Below, one piece after another: positions 11,701 through 20,825 of a stretch of 64,000 bases of DNA. Under the pieces are notes generated by a model. The model made no database searches. It had not been told where the DNA came from and saw nothing but the letters and a program-made list of their open reading frames with translations. The stretch is from Myxococcales bacterium (GTDB lineage Bacteria > Myxococcota_A > Polyangia > Polyangiales > DASUME01): assembly GCA_047601445.1 (NCBI GenBank), contig JASGJH010000001.1, positions 4,992,001 to 5,056,000 of the forward strand, in the 5' to 3' direction. Each line of letters begins with the position of its first letter. The first letter of the stretch is position 1. The position numbers and the translations under genes were made by a program.

Positions 11701-14666
11701 TGGCGGTCGGCAAGCGGCTCAAGGAGCTCCACGGCATCGAGGTGCCCATCGCGCGCCTGTTCCAGCACACCAGCGTGCGCACGCTGGCTCAGCACCTGGG
11801 CAGCGTACCCAGCAAGCTGCGCCACGAGGCCGCCGCGGCGCGCCCCGCAGCGGGTGGCGAGCTCGAGCCCATCGCCATCGTGGGCATGGCCGGTCGCTTC
11901 CCTGGCGCTCCCGACGTCGAGAGCCTGTGGAAGAACCTCGAGCAAGGCCTGGAGTCGGTGACGCGCTTCGCGCTCAACGAGCTCGACCCGAGTGTGCCCG
12001 AGAGCGAGCGCAGCTCGCCTCAGTACGTGGCGGCCCGTCCCATGCTCGAAAGCGCCACTCTGTTCGACGCAGAGTTCTTCGGCATTTCACCCAGCGAGGC
12101 CGACGTCATCGACCCGCAGCAGCGCGTGATGCTCGAAGTGGCCTGGGAGGCGCTGGAGAGCGCCGGCTACGACCCCGCGCGCCCCAAGGGCAGCATCGGT
12201 GTGTACTGCGGCGAGTACAACGTGACCTATTACACCGAGAACGTCCTCACCCGGCCCGACGTGCTCGATCGCGTGGGTTCCTTCGTGGCCATGGTGGGCA
12301 ACGAGAAGGACTACATCGCGACCCGCATCGCGCACCGCCTCGACCTGCGTGGCCCCGCCATCAGCGTGCACACCGCCTGCTCCACCTCCCTGGTGGCCGT
12401 GGCCCAGGCCTTCTTCGCGCTGCGCACGCGCCAGTGCGACATGGCCCTGGCGGGTGGCGTCTCCATCGCCTTCCCGCAACGGCGTGGCCACGTCTACGAA
12501 GAAGGCGGCATGCTGTGCGCGGACGGGCACTGTCGTCCCTTCGACGCCAACGCCACCGGCACCATGTTCGGCGATGGAGCGGCCATGTTGGTGCTCAAGC
12601 GCCTGAGCGACGCGCAGGCCGACGGCGATCACATTCACGCCGTGATCCGCGGCGCCGCCACCAACAACGACGGCGCCCACAAGATGAGCTTCAGCGCGCC
12701 CACCGTAGAAGGGCAGGCCGAAGTCATCGCGCAGGCCCAGACGGTGGCAGGCGTGGACGCGGCCAGCATCGGCTATGTGGAAGCCCATGGGACCGCCACG
12801 CCGCTCGGCGACCCCATCGAGGTGGAGGCGCTCACGCAGGCTTTCCGCCGCAGCACCGACAAGCGCAACTTCTGCGGCATCGGCTCCGTCAAGAGCAACC
12901 TGGGCCATCTGACGGCAGCCTCTGGCGCCACCGGCCTGATCAAGGCCGCGCTCTCGCTCGAACACGAGCACATCCCAAAGAGCCTGCATTTCGAGCGTCC
13001 GAACCCGGGCATCGACTTCGCGAACAGCCCCTTCTACGTGATGGCAGAGCCCAAGGCCTGGCCGCGGGGCGCCGTCGCACGTCGCGCAGGCGTGAGCTCG
13101 TTCGGCGTGGGCGGCACCAACGCCCACGTGGTGATCGAGGAGGCGCCCGCCCGCGCGGAGAGTGGGTCCGCGCAGGAGCCGCAGCTCCTGGTGTTGTCCG
13201 CCCGCAGCGAGGCGGCCCTCGCGCGCATGGGCGAGCGGCTCGGCGCCTGGCTCGCCACCCATCCGCAGGCTTCGCTGTCGGACGTGGCGTTCACGCTGGC
13301 GCGCGGTCGGCGGCACTTCGAACGCCGGCGCGCGGTGGTGGTGCAGGACCCGGCGCAGGCGGCCCAAGAGCTCAGCGGCAAGCAGGCCGAGGCGCAGCTC
13401 TCCAGCAAGACTCCGCAGGTGGTGTTCGTGTTCCCGGGCCAGGGCGCGCAGCACGCCGGCATGGGTCGCGCCCTGTACCAGCGCTACCCAGCTTTCGCCG
13501 AGGCGCTCGATCGCTGCAACGCGCTGCTCGAGCCCATTTTGCAGGCCGATCTCAAGGCCCTCATGTTCGCACCCGACGACGACCCGGCCGCGCACGCCCT
13601 GTTGCGCGAGACGCGCATCACCCAACCGGCCCTGTTCGCCATCGGGTACGCGCTCGCCCAGCTCTGGAAGAGTCTGGGCGTGGAGCCTGCCTGCCTCATC
13701 GGCCACAGCGTGGGCGAGTTCGTGGCGGCCCACCTGGCCGGCGTGATGAGCCTCGACGACGCGCTGCGCATGGTGGCCGAGCGCGGACGCTTGCTGCAGT
13801 CGATGCCACGCGGATCCATGCTCGCGGTGCGTGCGCCCGCCGCGCGCGTGGAGGCCAGCCTCGATCCGACGCTCTCCATCGCTGCCATCAACGGACCGAA
13901 CCTGTGCGTGGTGGCGGGGCCCGAGAGAGCGGTCCATGCGCTGTCCCTCTTGCTCGACGCGCAGGGCGTGGCCAACTCGCACCTGCACACCTCCCACGCC
14001 TTCCACTCCGCCATGATGGATCCTGCGGTGCCCCAGTTCCTGGAGTTCGTGCGGAAGATCCCGCTCGCAGCGCCCAAGCTACCCATCTACTCCACGGTCA
14101 GCGGCGCACTGCTCACCGACAGCGAGGCCACGGACAGCATGTACTGGGCTCGCCATCTGCGCGCCACGGTGCGCTTCGCCGACGCCGTGCAAGCAGCCTA
14201 TGCCGAGCCCCATCGCGTCCTGCTCGAGGTGGGTCCGCGCAACGGAGCCACGCAACTGGCGCGTCAGGCCATCGTCGATCGCAAGACCCAGCACGCCGTG
14301 GCCACGCTCGACGGCAAGGTCGATCGCGCGGAGCTCTCGGCTCTGCTCGGCGCCGTGGGGCAGCTCTTCGAGCGCGGCGTGAGCGTAAACCTCACGGCCT
14401 TGCCCAGCGCCCAGGGCGCGCGGCGCGTGCCGCTCCCCACCTACCCCTTCGAGCGCAAGCTGCACTTCGTGGAGCCAGGCAAGGCCCTCGGCGTGCCCGC
14501 GCCGCAGGCCAGCGCGCCCAGCCGTGGCGTTCAGGCCGACGCCGCGCCCGTGGGCGACCCCTTCGCCATCCCGGCGACGGGCGAAGATCTGGTCACGGCC
14601 CAGCTGCGCTTGATGGAGATGCAACTGGCGATCCTGGCGAGCTCGAACCCGGGGGATGCGGAGTAG
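8730..14666 (+). CDS. Hybrid NRPS-PKS: degenerate C, A (Thr-like), PCP, KS, AT (malonyl)
   Basis: YTSGSTGKPKG, NMYGITETTVHVT, FFDLGGNS, KS HTACSTS/EAHGTAT/NLGH, AT GHSVG and HAFH, LPTYPFER. No ACP follows the AT. The start may be 8742. Confidence 0.95.
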   Translation: MVTAMPEAASDPSLLALDTAQERWWLLAQLVHQSPALYIAHAVRRPSGLPLSELTTSVVNWAEGIPALKALVEGSGERARRRVGPQAHVSVRTIGSPLALATAAAHEVRAEAKRGISLERGPLLRVTQIVAPDGVALVFVSHRVVASRELLASWCRPLEGQGAHARAAGNDATRALSVSLERERAFLASPEAKAHGQSVATRLRGHELSLDLPTDRVRAEERDLVSSELVQPLSAACRSALGQLAAQTGASSQDVLSAALALMLARYARQRDLVLGEVLPSDPSDPGAREPSAILRLNLEGRPSVSQLVERVARARVEARADAPLPFEALLGQLALKRDPSRSPIFQVEFRHRTLAQEALIVDAGGLELDLSFDFLESPGALTCVVRFATQLFDAASVARMVAHLGELLCRMAAAPDREAFRLQMVTDQERSALLGPATNLPAYSASPAIHRWVEARAKERPEALAITCNGESLSYGALNRRANQLARALVARGVGRDQRVVVCMERSLDLVVALLAVLKAGGAYVPIEPTNPKDRIDFVLEDARAILALTQRPLADKVSGSDVLFVDDLGAFAQHAEGDLEGPDVLESLAYVIYTSGSTGKPKGCLIEHRHVVRLFQACDAWFHFGPDDVFSVFHSFAFDFSVFELWGALMFGGRAVVVPQSVTRAPDDFLSLCVREKVSVLCQTPSAFRQFVANEAKLAPGALALRLVVFGGEALELESLRPWFQKHGDSKPELVNMYGITETTVHVTYRPIRFADLALGASSVIGVPIPDLYVHLLDEEQNLVPVGVPGEIHVGGAGVARGYLERPELTAARFVDDPFVPGARLYRSGDLARLLPHGELDYLGRIDFQVKIRGFRIETGEIEAALRRSGLVRDVAVLTHKQAGDAFLAAYVVTDATPNDLRSALRRELPEYMVPSVFVVIPELPMNVNGKVDRAALPEPREVTQTVQVRPSSELERIIASVWCEVLGRDEVSVDQSFFDLGGNSGRVVAVGKRLKELHGIEVPIARLFQHTSVRTLAQHLGSVPSKLRHEAAAARPAAGGELEPIAIVGMAGRFPGAPDVESLWKNLEQGLESVTRFALNELDPSVPESERSSPQYVAARPMLESATLFDAEFFGISPSEADVIDPQQRVMLEVAWEALESAGYDPARPKGSIGVYCGEYNVTYYTENVLTRPDVLDRVGSFVAMVGNEKDYIATRIAHRLDLRGPAISVHTACSTSLVAVAQAFFALRTRQCDMALAGGVSIAFPQRRGHVYEEGGMLCADGHCRPFDANATGTMFGDGAAMLVLKRLSDAQADGDHIHAVIRGAATNNDGAHKMSFSAPTVEGQAEVIAQAQTVAGVDAASIGYVEAHGTATPLGDPIEVEALTQAFRRSTDKRNFCGIGSVKSNLGHLTAASGATGLIKAALSLEHEHIPKSLHFERPNPGIDFANSPFYVMAEPKAWPRGAVARRAGVSSFGVGGTNAHVVIEEAPARAESGSAQEPQLLVLSARSEAALARMGERLGAWLATHPQASLSDVAFTLARGRRHFERRRAVVVQDPAQAAQELSGKQAEAQLSSKTPQVVFVFPGQGAQHAGMGRALYQRYPAFAEALDRCNALLEPILQADLKALMFAPDDDPAAHALLRETRITQPALFAIGYALAQLWKSLGVEPACLIGHSVGEFVAAHLAGVMSLDDALRMVAERGRLLQSMPRGSMLAVRAPAARVEASLDPTLSIAAINGPNLCVVAGPERAVHALSLLLDAQGVANSHLHTSHAFHSAMMDPAVPQFLEFVRKIPLAAPKLPIYSTVSGALLTDSEATDSMYWARHLRATVRFADAVQAAYAEPHRVLLEVGPRNGATQLARQAIVDRKTQHAVATLDGKVDRAELSALLGAVGQLFERGVSVNLTALPSAQGARRVPLPTYPFERKLHFVEPGKALGVPAPQASAPSRGVQADAAPVGDPFAIPATGEDLVTAQLRLMEMQLAILASSNPGDAE

Positions 14667-14678
14667 CTTCGAGCGAAC

Positions 14679-15668
14679 TCAAACCCTGAACCACCCAATC
14701 GCGCGCTCCACCAGACTGCCCAGGTACACCACGCCCGCGTGCTCGCGCACACCGGTGACCATGTGATAGCCCGCATGGCTGCCCTGGATGTCGTGGACCA
14801 CTTGCCCTGCCGCGTCGACCGCGATGACCCAGACCGTGCGCTTCGGCTGCACCACCACTTCGGGTAGCTTCCACACCAGGCTCCGCAACAGGGGCGCCCG
14901 TGGCAACAGCAGGTCGAGCAGCGGGTCACGCGGGCTCGCCTGAGTGATCCAGATGAGCCCATCGCTGCCGCGCGCGATGTTGTCGGGAAAGCCATGCAGG
15001 TTCTCGATCAGCAGGTCTTTCGTGCCGGCCTTCGGCCCCTTGAGCCAGTAGCGCGTCAGTCGATAGCCCGCGGTCTCGGCCACCGTGACGAAGGACTCGT
15101 CCGCGCTCAGCGCCACGCCGTTGGCGAACTTCAGGCCATCCACCAGCAGCTCGATCGTGCCGTTCGGAGTGCGCCGCAAGAGGCGCCCGCTGGCCGAGTG
15201 TTCCAACACGTCTGCGCGCCAGTGCTCGATGCCGAAGCGGCGCGACGAGTCGCTGAAGTAGATGGTGCCATCTGCGGCGATGGCGGCGTTGTTGCAGAAG
15301 CCGAGCCGTTCGCCCTGCGCGCTCTCGGCCAGCAGCTCGATCTCGCCCGTGTCGGCCGCCACGCGCAAGAGTCCACGCTTGGCGTCGCACACCAGGAGCG
15401 CGCCATCTCCCATGAGCTCGATGCCCAGCGGCCGCCCCTGGGTCTGCGCGAGCGTCTCGATGTACTTGCCATGCTCCCGCAAGCGCAGGATGCGTCCATC
15501 GGCGAGGCCCGTGATCAAGCTGCCGTCGGCCTCCACCACCACGTCTTCGGGGCCCACACCAGGCACTTCGATCAACTGCAGCCCGCTCAGCGCACGTCGT
15601 TTGGCGCGCGTCTCGGGGCTCTTGGTGGGAGGTTGCCAGCGCTGCGGTCGAATCGAGGGGCGGCTCAT
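14679..15668 (-). CDS. SMP-30/gluconolactonase/strictosidine-synthase-like beta-propeller
   Basis: GPEDV, GRPLG, FCNN, FANGVALS, GFPDNI motifs. Confidence 0.9.
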   Translation of the reverse strand: MSRPSIRPQRWQPPTKSPETRAKRRALSGLQLIEVPGVGPEDVVVEADGSLITGLADGRILRLREHGKYIETLAQTQGRPLGIELMGDGALLVCDAKRGLLRVAADTGEIELLAESAQGERLGFCNNAAIAADGTIYFSDSSRRFGIEHWRADVLEHSASGRLLRRTPNGTIELLVDGLKFANGVALSADESFVTVAETAGYRLTRYWLKGPKAGTKDLLIENLHGFPDNIARGSDGLIWITQASPRDPLLDLLLPRAPLLRSLVWKLPEVVVQPKRTVWVIAVDAAGQVVHDIQGSHAGYHMVTGVREHAGVVYLGSLVERAIGWFRV

Positions 15669-15882
15669 GGCGCGTGCTTATAGCGCAGTCAGACAGCGCC
15701 CCGAAGGGGGAGGTCGCGTGACCTCCCGTTGCGAGAAACTAGAGTCTTTTCCCAATTTCAGGGTCGAGGGCACGTTCAATCTTCTCAATCTCGACGGCCG
15801 GCCACACTGGCGCCGAGTTGCCGGAAATCGTGTACGGGCACGGGCACGCGTATGACCCAGACCCAGAAAATAGCGACAGGGC

Positions 15883-16521
15883 CTAAAGCGCGTGGCTCTT
15901 GCGCAGCATGCGCTCGAGGGCTTGCTTGGCTTCCGGGCTCGGACGGCTCGCGCCAGTGCCGCACAGCCACAGGAAATCGTGGGCCCTCGCTGCGTGGGTC
16001 TCGATGTGCATCTCGATGGGGAACAGCCCCAGCGCCGCCAACGACGACAACATGGCTCCCAGCAACCCCAGCGAATCGAGGGCCTCGAACTCCAGCAGCA
16101 GCGTGCCGCCGTAATCCGGGGACTCGAAGAGCGAGTAGCGGTCGAGCTCCAGCGTGTAATCGCCCGTGTAGATCTGGGCACGCTCGCCGGCCAAACCGAT
16201 GTAGGAGATGCCGCGCGGATCACTTGCACCCTCGAGGGCCACCAGCGCCAGCTCGGCCACCCACGAACCATCGTGACCACGCTTGGCGTGCACCGTATCG
16301 ATGGAAATGCGGCGCTCCGCCAGGCCACTGCCCAAAGTGGCCATCCAGGCCGGTCGGAAGATGCCGCCCAGGCGGACGCGATAGTTGCCTCCGCCGAGGG
16401 GCGACAGCTCGCTCCATGCGGCCCCCTCGCGCACGAACACCGCGGACGCGGGCGGCTGCGACGAACGCGACGCTCCGGTGGCTACCGAAGAGCTGGTTTC
16501 GCTGCTGGCCGAGGGGGGCAT
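15883..16521 (-). CDS. Small protein with probable tandem ACT-like domains
   Basis: EALDSLGLLGAMLSSLAALGLFPIEMHIET..RAHDFLWL resembles the GlnD C-terminal ACT domain. Start chosen at ATG 16521. Confidence 0.55.
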   Translation of the reverse strand: MPPSASSETSSSVATGASRSSQPPASAVFVREGAAWSELSPLGGGNYRVRLGGIFRPAWMATLGSGLAERRISIDTVHAKRGHDGSWVAELALVALEGASDPRGISYIGLAGERAQIYTGDYTLELDRYSLFESPDYGGTLLLEFEALDSLGLLGAMLSSLAALGLFPIEMHIETHAARAHDFLWLCGTGASRPSPEAKQALERMLRKSHAL

Positions 16522-16714
16522 GAACGCAGTGTGGCCGTCTTGCACCTGCCCCAGCAAGCCCGAATGCATTAAAATTACAAAGGTTTCGCGATCGTATCCC
16601 AAACGTAAACGAGCCGCATCGCTGGCACACCGCGTCGTGTTTCCGGGTCCCCCACGCCGGGGACGCAAGCATTTTTGGGGCGGGATCCGCGCAGGGGCGA
16701 TATCGTCCAAGACG

Positions 16715-18106
16715 ATGGGGTCAAACGCACTGGGTCCGGTGGACCAGCTCTTTCTGCTGATGGAACGACGCCAGCAACCCATGCATGTCGCAGGGTTACA
16801 GCTGTTCTCACTCCCACCCGAGGCCGACGGGGAATACGTCCGCCAAGTGGTGGAGCAAATCCGGAGTAGCAACGTCCCGCAGGGGCCATTCCGCAAGCGC
16901 ATGGTCACCCGCCTGGGACGCCCCTATTGGGAGGAAGACGAGCAGCTCGATCTGGAGCACCACGTCCGCCACTCGGCCCTGCCGCGCCCGGGACGCATCC
17001 GCGAACTCCTCGCATTCGTCTCCGCGGAGCACTCCAACCCATTGCACCGTGAGCGCCCGCTCTGGGAGTCGCACCTCATCGAGGGCCTCAGTGAGCGCCG
17101 CTTCGCCATCTACACCAAGGTCCACCACGCCATGATGGACGGCATCTCCGCCATGCGCCTGGGCACCCGCTCGCTGACCACCGACGCGAACAAGCGCGGC
17201 ATGCCCCCGGTGTGGGCGATGCCGCCGCGCAAGCGCACCGCCGAGGCACCCGGCGACGAGCTCGATCCGGGCGGCGCCTTGCACCGCATGGCGCAGGCCC
17301 TCCAGAAGCAGCTCTCCACGGTACCGGTGGTGATGCGCGAGGTGATGAAGCTCTCGCAGCGCCACCAGCGGGACGGCGACGCCGTGTCCATCTTCCAGGC
17401 CCCGCAGTGCATGCTCAGCGAGCACATCACGGGCTCACGGCGCTTCGCCGCCCAGTCCTACTCGCTCTCCCGTATCAAAGCGCTCTCGCGCGTCTATGGC
17501 ATCACACTCAACGACGCCGTGCTGGCCATCTGTGGCGGCGCCCTGCGCACGTACCTGATGAACCACGGCGCTCTGCCCGATCAGCCGCTGATCGCCATGG
17601 TGCCCGTCTCGCTCCGTCAGGACGAGAGCGCCGGCGGCAACCAGATCGCGATGGTGCTCGCCAACCTGGGCACGCACATCGCCGATCCCATTGAGCGCAT
17701 ACGCACCGTGAAGGCTTCCGTGGAAGACGGTAAAGCCGCCACCGCCCAGATGACCCCGGAGGAGCGACTCAACTTCACCGCGCTCCTGCTCTCGCCCACC
17801 TTTCTACAGGTGATGACCGGACTCGCCCCCAAGCTCTTGGCGTTCAACGTGGTCATCTCCAACGTTCCAGGCCCACGCGAAACCTTGTACTGGAACGGCG
17901 CTCCCCTGGTGGGCATGTATCCCGTCTCACTGGTGTTCGACCGCATGGCGCTCAACATCACGCTCACGAGCTACGGAGATTCGCTCGAGTTCGGTCTGGT
18001 GGGCTGTCGGCGCACCCTGCCCTCCTTGCAGCGCTTGCTCGATTACCTGGAACGGGCGATCGTAGAGCTCGAGATCGCCGCCGGCGTGCGCGGCGCCGCC
18101 GAGTAG
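16715..18106 (+). CDS. Wax ester synthase/diacylglycerol acyltransferase (WS/DGAT)
   Basis: PMHV, RERPLWE, catalytic HHAMMDG, NVVISNVPGP. Start reassigned to ATG 16715. Confidence 0.95.
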   Translation: MGSNALGPVDQLFLLMERRQQPMHVAGLQLFSLPPEADGEYVRQVVEQIRSSNVPQGPFRKRMVTRLGRPYWEEDEQLDLEHHVRHSALPRPGRIRELLAFVSAEHSNPLHRERPLWESHLIEGLSERRFAIYTKVHHAMMDGISAMRLGTRSLTTDANKRGMPPVWAMPPRKRTAEAPGDELDPGGALHRMAQALQKQLSTVPVVMREVMKLSQRHQRDGDAVSIFQAPQCMLSEHITGSRRFAAQSYSLSRIKALSRVYGITLNDAVLAICGGALRTYLMNHGALPDQPLIAMVPVSLRQDESAGGNQIAMVLANLGTHIADPIERIRTVKASVEDGKAATAQMTPEERLNFTALLLSPTFLQVMTGLAPKLLAFNVVISNVPGPRETLYWNGAPLVGMYPVSLVFDRMALNITLTSYGDSLEFGLVGCRRTLPSLQRLLDYLERAIVELEIAAGVRGAAE

Positions 18107-18127
18107 TCTGGCGAACACCGAGGTCTT

Positions 18128-19660
18128 GTGAAGTTAGGCTTATGTTCCCCCGCGGGCGATGCACTTCCCTGGCTCGGCTTGCTCGCACTGCTCGCAGCCT
18201 GCCCTGGTGACGGCACCGGCGGGACGGCCAAGCCTTGTGCGTCCGGCGAGCATTGCGACGGCGGCCCCGGAGACGGCGATGGGGATGGCGACGGAGACGG
18301 CGATGGCGACGGGGACGGCGATGGCGACGGGGATGTCGCGAAGCCGGGACCGCTCGAACCTTCGGAGCCCCTCGCGGGGTGCAACAAGGATCGCAAGGCC
18401 ATCGCGCTGTATCCGAACGCCACGCCGGCCACGGACGCCCCTGCTGGGGCTCCCTTCACCTGCGCGATGAATACGGGCAAGCGCGCCTTCAACACCAGCA
18501 TCGCCGTCAACAAGGACGGCAGCGTGTACTTCGCGCCAGCCGAGGCCACCGGGGTGCTGCGCTCACGCGACAACGGGATGACCTGGGAAGGGCCCGTCAA
18601 CAATCCGCCGGGCGAGAAGGACGGTCAGTGGGGCCACCCGTGGCTGTGGCGTGACCCCGACACCGAGCGCCTGTTCTTCACGCTGTACAACTCTTTCATG
18701 GGCCCATGCTTCGGCGGCACGGGCCACAACGCCTGGTACAGCGACGGCGGCGACAGCTGGACCAATCTGAAGAACGGCGTGGGCTGCGGCAGCTGGGACT
18801 GGGGCAAGATCGTCACCGGCCCTGCGCGCCTGCCCGCCACCAAGGCAGCGCTCTCCATGGGCAGCTACCCCAACGTCGTGTACTTCTGCGCGGGCGGGCC
18901 CACCTACGCGCTGGGGCCCAATCACTTCTGCTTCCGATCCCTCGACGGCGGGACCACGTTCACGCGCACCAAGGCCGATGCCATCGACGCCGCGCGCGGC
19001 GAAGCGGGCTATCCGAACGCGGGCTACGTCGCCCCCGACGGCACCTTCTACAAAGCACACCCGTCGAACGACGGCCTCACGCTCTCCACCAGCGAAGACG
19101 AGGGCGACTCCTGGCACGGTATCCTGGTCCCGGGCACGCATTTCGCCGGCGACCCAGCCACCATCAACTTCCTCTCGAGCAACGTCACGGGTGACGCCGC
19201 CGGCAACCTCTACGTCGCCTGGGTCGACGACGACGACCTCAATCCCCGTCTTGCCTACTCGAAAGACCGCGGCGCGACCTGGTCGCAGCCGATCATGGTG
19301 GGTGCGCCGGGGGTCAAGGTATCCGCCTGCGTCAACGTGTCCGTAAAGAAGCCCGGCTACGTGGCCCTCGTCTACTACGGAAGTCCCCAGGCCGAGTCCA
19401 CCGCGGGCAACGGCCACACCAGCAACGATCAGCGCCCCTATGACGCTTACCTCACCGTGAGCACCAACGTGTTCAGCGAGCGTCCGCTGTTCTGGAGCAC
19501 CACCATCAATCAGCCTGGCAAGCCCGCCATCCCCGGGCTCAGCTTGTTGGTGAGCGAATACCTCGGCGCTCCGGCGTTCGGCCCAGATGGCTCCATCTGG
19601 GCAGGCTTCATCCAGGACCCCAACGGCCTGGTGGGACGCATGACTCCGCCCCCGGAGTGA
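18128..19660 (+). CDS. Lipoprotein with GD repeat and BNR/Asp-box (sialidase-like) propeller
   Basis: Lipobox LAAC, (GD)n linker, Asp-boxes SRDNGMTW, SLDGGTTF, SEDEGDSW, SKDRGATW. Confidence 0.85.
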   Translation: MKLGLCSPAGDALPWLGLLALLAACPGDGTGGTAKPCASGEHCDGGPGDGDGDGDGDGDGDGDGDGDGDVAKPGPLEPSEPLAGCNKDRKAIALYPNATPATDAPAGAPFTCAMNTGKRAFNTSIAVNKDGSVYFAPAEATGVLRSRDNGMTWEGPVNNPPGEKDGQWGHPWLWRDPDTERLFFTLYNSFMGPCFGGTGHNAWYSDGGDSWTNLKNGVGCGSWDWGKIVTGPARLPATKAALSMGSYPNVVYFCAGGPTYALGPNHFCFRSLDGGTTFTRTKADAIDAARGEAGYPNAGYVAPDGTFYKAHPSNDGLTLSTSEDEGDSWHGILVPGTHFAGDPATINFLSSNVTGDAAGNLYVAWVDDDDLNPRLAYSKDRGATWSQPIMVGAPGVKVSACVNVSVKKPGYVALVYYGSPQAESTAGNGHTSNDQRPYDAYLTVSTNVFSERPLFWSTTINQPGKPAIPGLSLLVSEYLGAPAFGPDGSIWAGFIQDPNGLVGRMTPPPE

Positions 19661-20685
19661 AGCTTGCTCACCACCCCCGCCCCCCGAAAGCGCGCGGGTG
19701 TTTGCCCGGTCCAACGCCTGAACGCGCGGTGAAAGGCGCTGGGCTCCGAATAGCCGAGGCGATCGGCGATCTCCTTCATGCTCTCGTCGCCCTCGAGCAG
19801 CGCGCGCTTGGCGAGATCGCAGCGCAGCTCGTTCATCAGGCTCGACACGGTCTGCCCCTCCTCCTGCAGACGGCGCCGCAGCATGCGCTGTGTGGTGCCG
19901 AGTAACTTGGCCAGGCGCCGCGGATCCACGTGGGTCATGTCCGGCTGGCGCTGCAAGACATCGCGCACGCGCTCGGCGAAGGTGCGGCTGGTGGTGCGCT
20001 CGCGCAGGGAGCGCTCGGCGACGTCGCGCAGCACGCAGAACAGGTTGGCGTCACCCATCGGCTCCCTCGACACATGGGAAACCGTGAAGCGCAGCCAGTA
20101 GGAGCACTCATCGAACTTCACCGAGCAGCCGAAGGCATCGTCATAGGCCGGCTCGTAGCGAGGCCTGGCATGGGCGCAGCCGACGGCGAGCTGACTGGCT
20201 CCGTACAGCTCGCGGGCGAAGCGGGTCAGCATGCAGAGCAACCACTCCGACCAGAAGCGATCGGTGGCCTCGGAGACTCTGGCGTCGAAGCGAAACCCGA
20301 GCTCCACCAAGTCGGCGCCAGGCGGGAATGTCGCGTCGCCAGGGCGCGCGCGCCCCTCCGCTAGGTGCCAGCTGATGCCTTCGAAGAGCACCCCCGAGTA
20401 GCGCTGCAACACGTGGAACATCTCGCGCGGCGTGGAGCACTCGAGAGCCAGGTGCCCCAGCACGTGCAGCATGGTGTAGGGCGCGCGCCGGCCGAGCAGG
20501 AGTCCGGCCCCCTCGTCTTCGAAGGCGCGCACCACCGAGGTCACGAACTGGTCCACCCCGTTGCTGTCGAGCCACGGCTCCCCGTCGCCCGTCACACCGG
20601 GCAGGCGTGCTTGGGGTTTGAGCGCGTAGCGTCCGCTCTGGATCTCGCTGTGGATGGCCTTGAGGAAGGATGGAGAGACGAACAT
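19510..20685 (-). CDS. AraC family transcriptional regulator
   Basis: C-terminal EIADRLGYSEPSAFHRAFRRWTGQTP. The 3' end overlaps the convergent gene. Start taken at ATG 20685. Confidence 0.9.
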   Translation of the reverse strand: MFVSPSFLKAIHSEIQSGRYALKPQARLPGVTGDGEPWLDSNGVDQFVTSVVRAFEDEGAGLLLGRRAPYTMLHVLGHLALECSTPREMFHVLQRYSGVLFEGISWHLAEGRARPGDATFPPGADLVELGFRFDARVSEATDRFWSEWLLCMLTRFARELYGASQLAVGCAHARPRYEPAYDDAFGCSVKFDECSYWLRFTVSHVSREPMGDANLFCVLRDVAERSLRERTTSRTFAERVRDVLQRQPDMTHVDPRRLAKLLGTTQRMLRRRLQEEGQTVSSLMNELRCDLAKRALLEGDESMKEIADRLGYSEPSAFHRAFRRWTGQTPARFRGAGVVSKLHSGGGVMRPTRPLGSWMKPAQMEPSGPNAGAPRYSLTNKLSPGMAGLPG

Positions 20686-20825
20686 CGGGAACTCCAAGAT
20701 AAGGGCTGATAACCCCAACCTATCGATTCCCACCCACAGCGGAAAATAGCGCTGGACTCCAATCGACTAACCCTGGGCGTCATTCGGTCACGGGGAGGTC
20801 AGGGGACCTCCGCGCCCGTCGCCGG

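Noticed and set aside
14679..15668. Strictosidine-synthase-like gene as a tailoring enzyme of the cluster
   Set aside because: It is adjacent but convergent, and the family is common near lipid genes. The sequence gives no evidence of membership, though it cannot be excluded.
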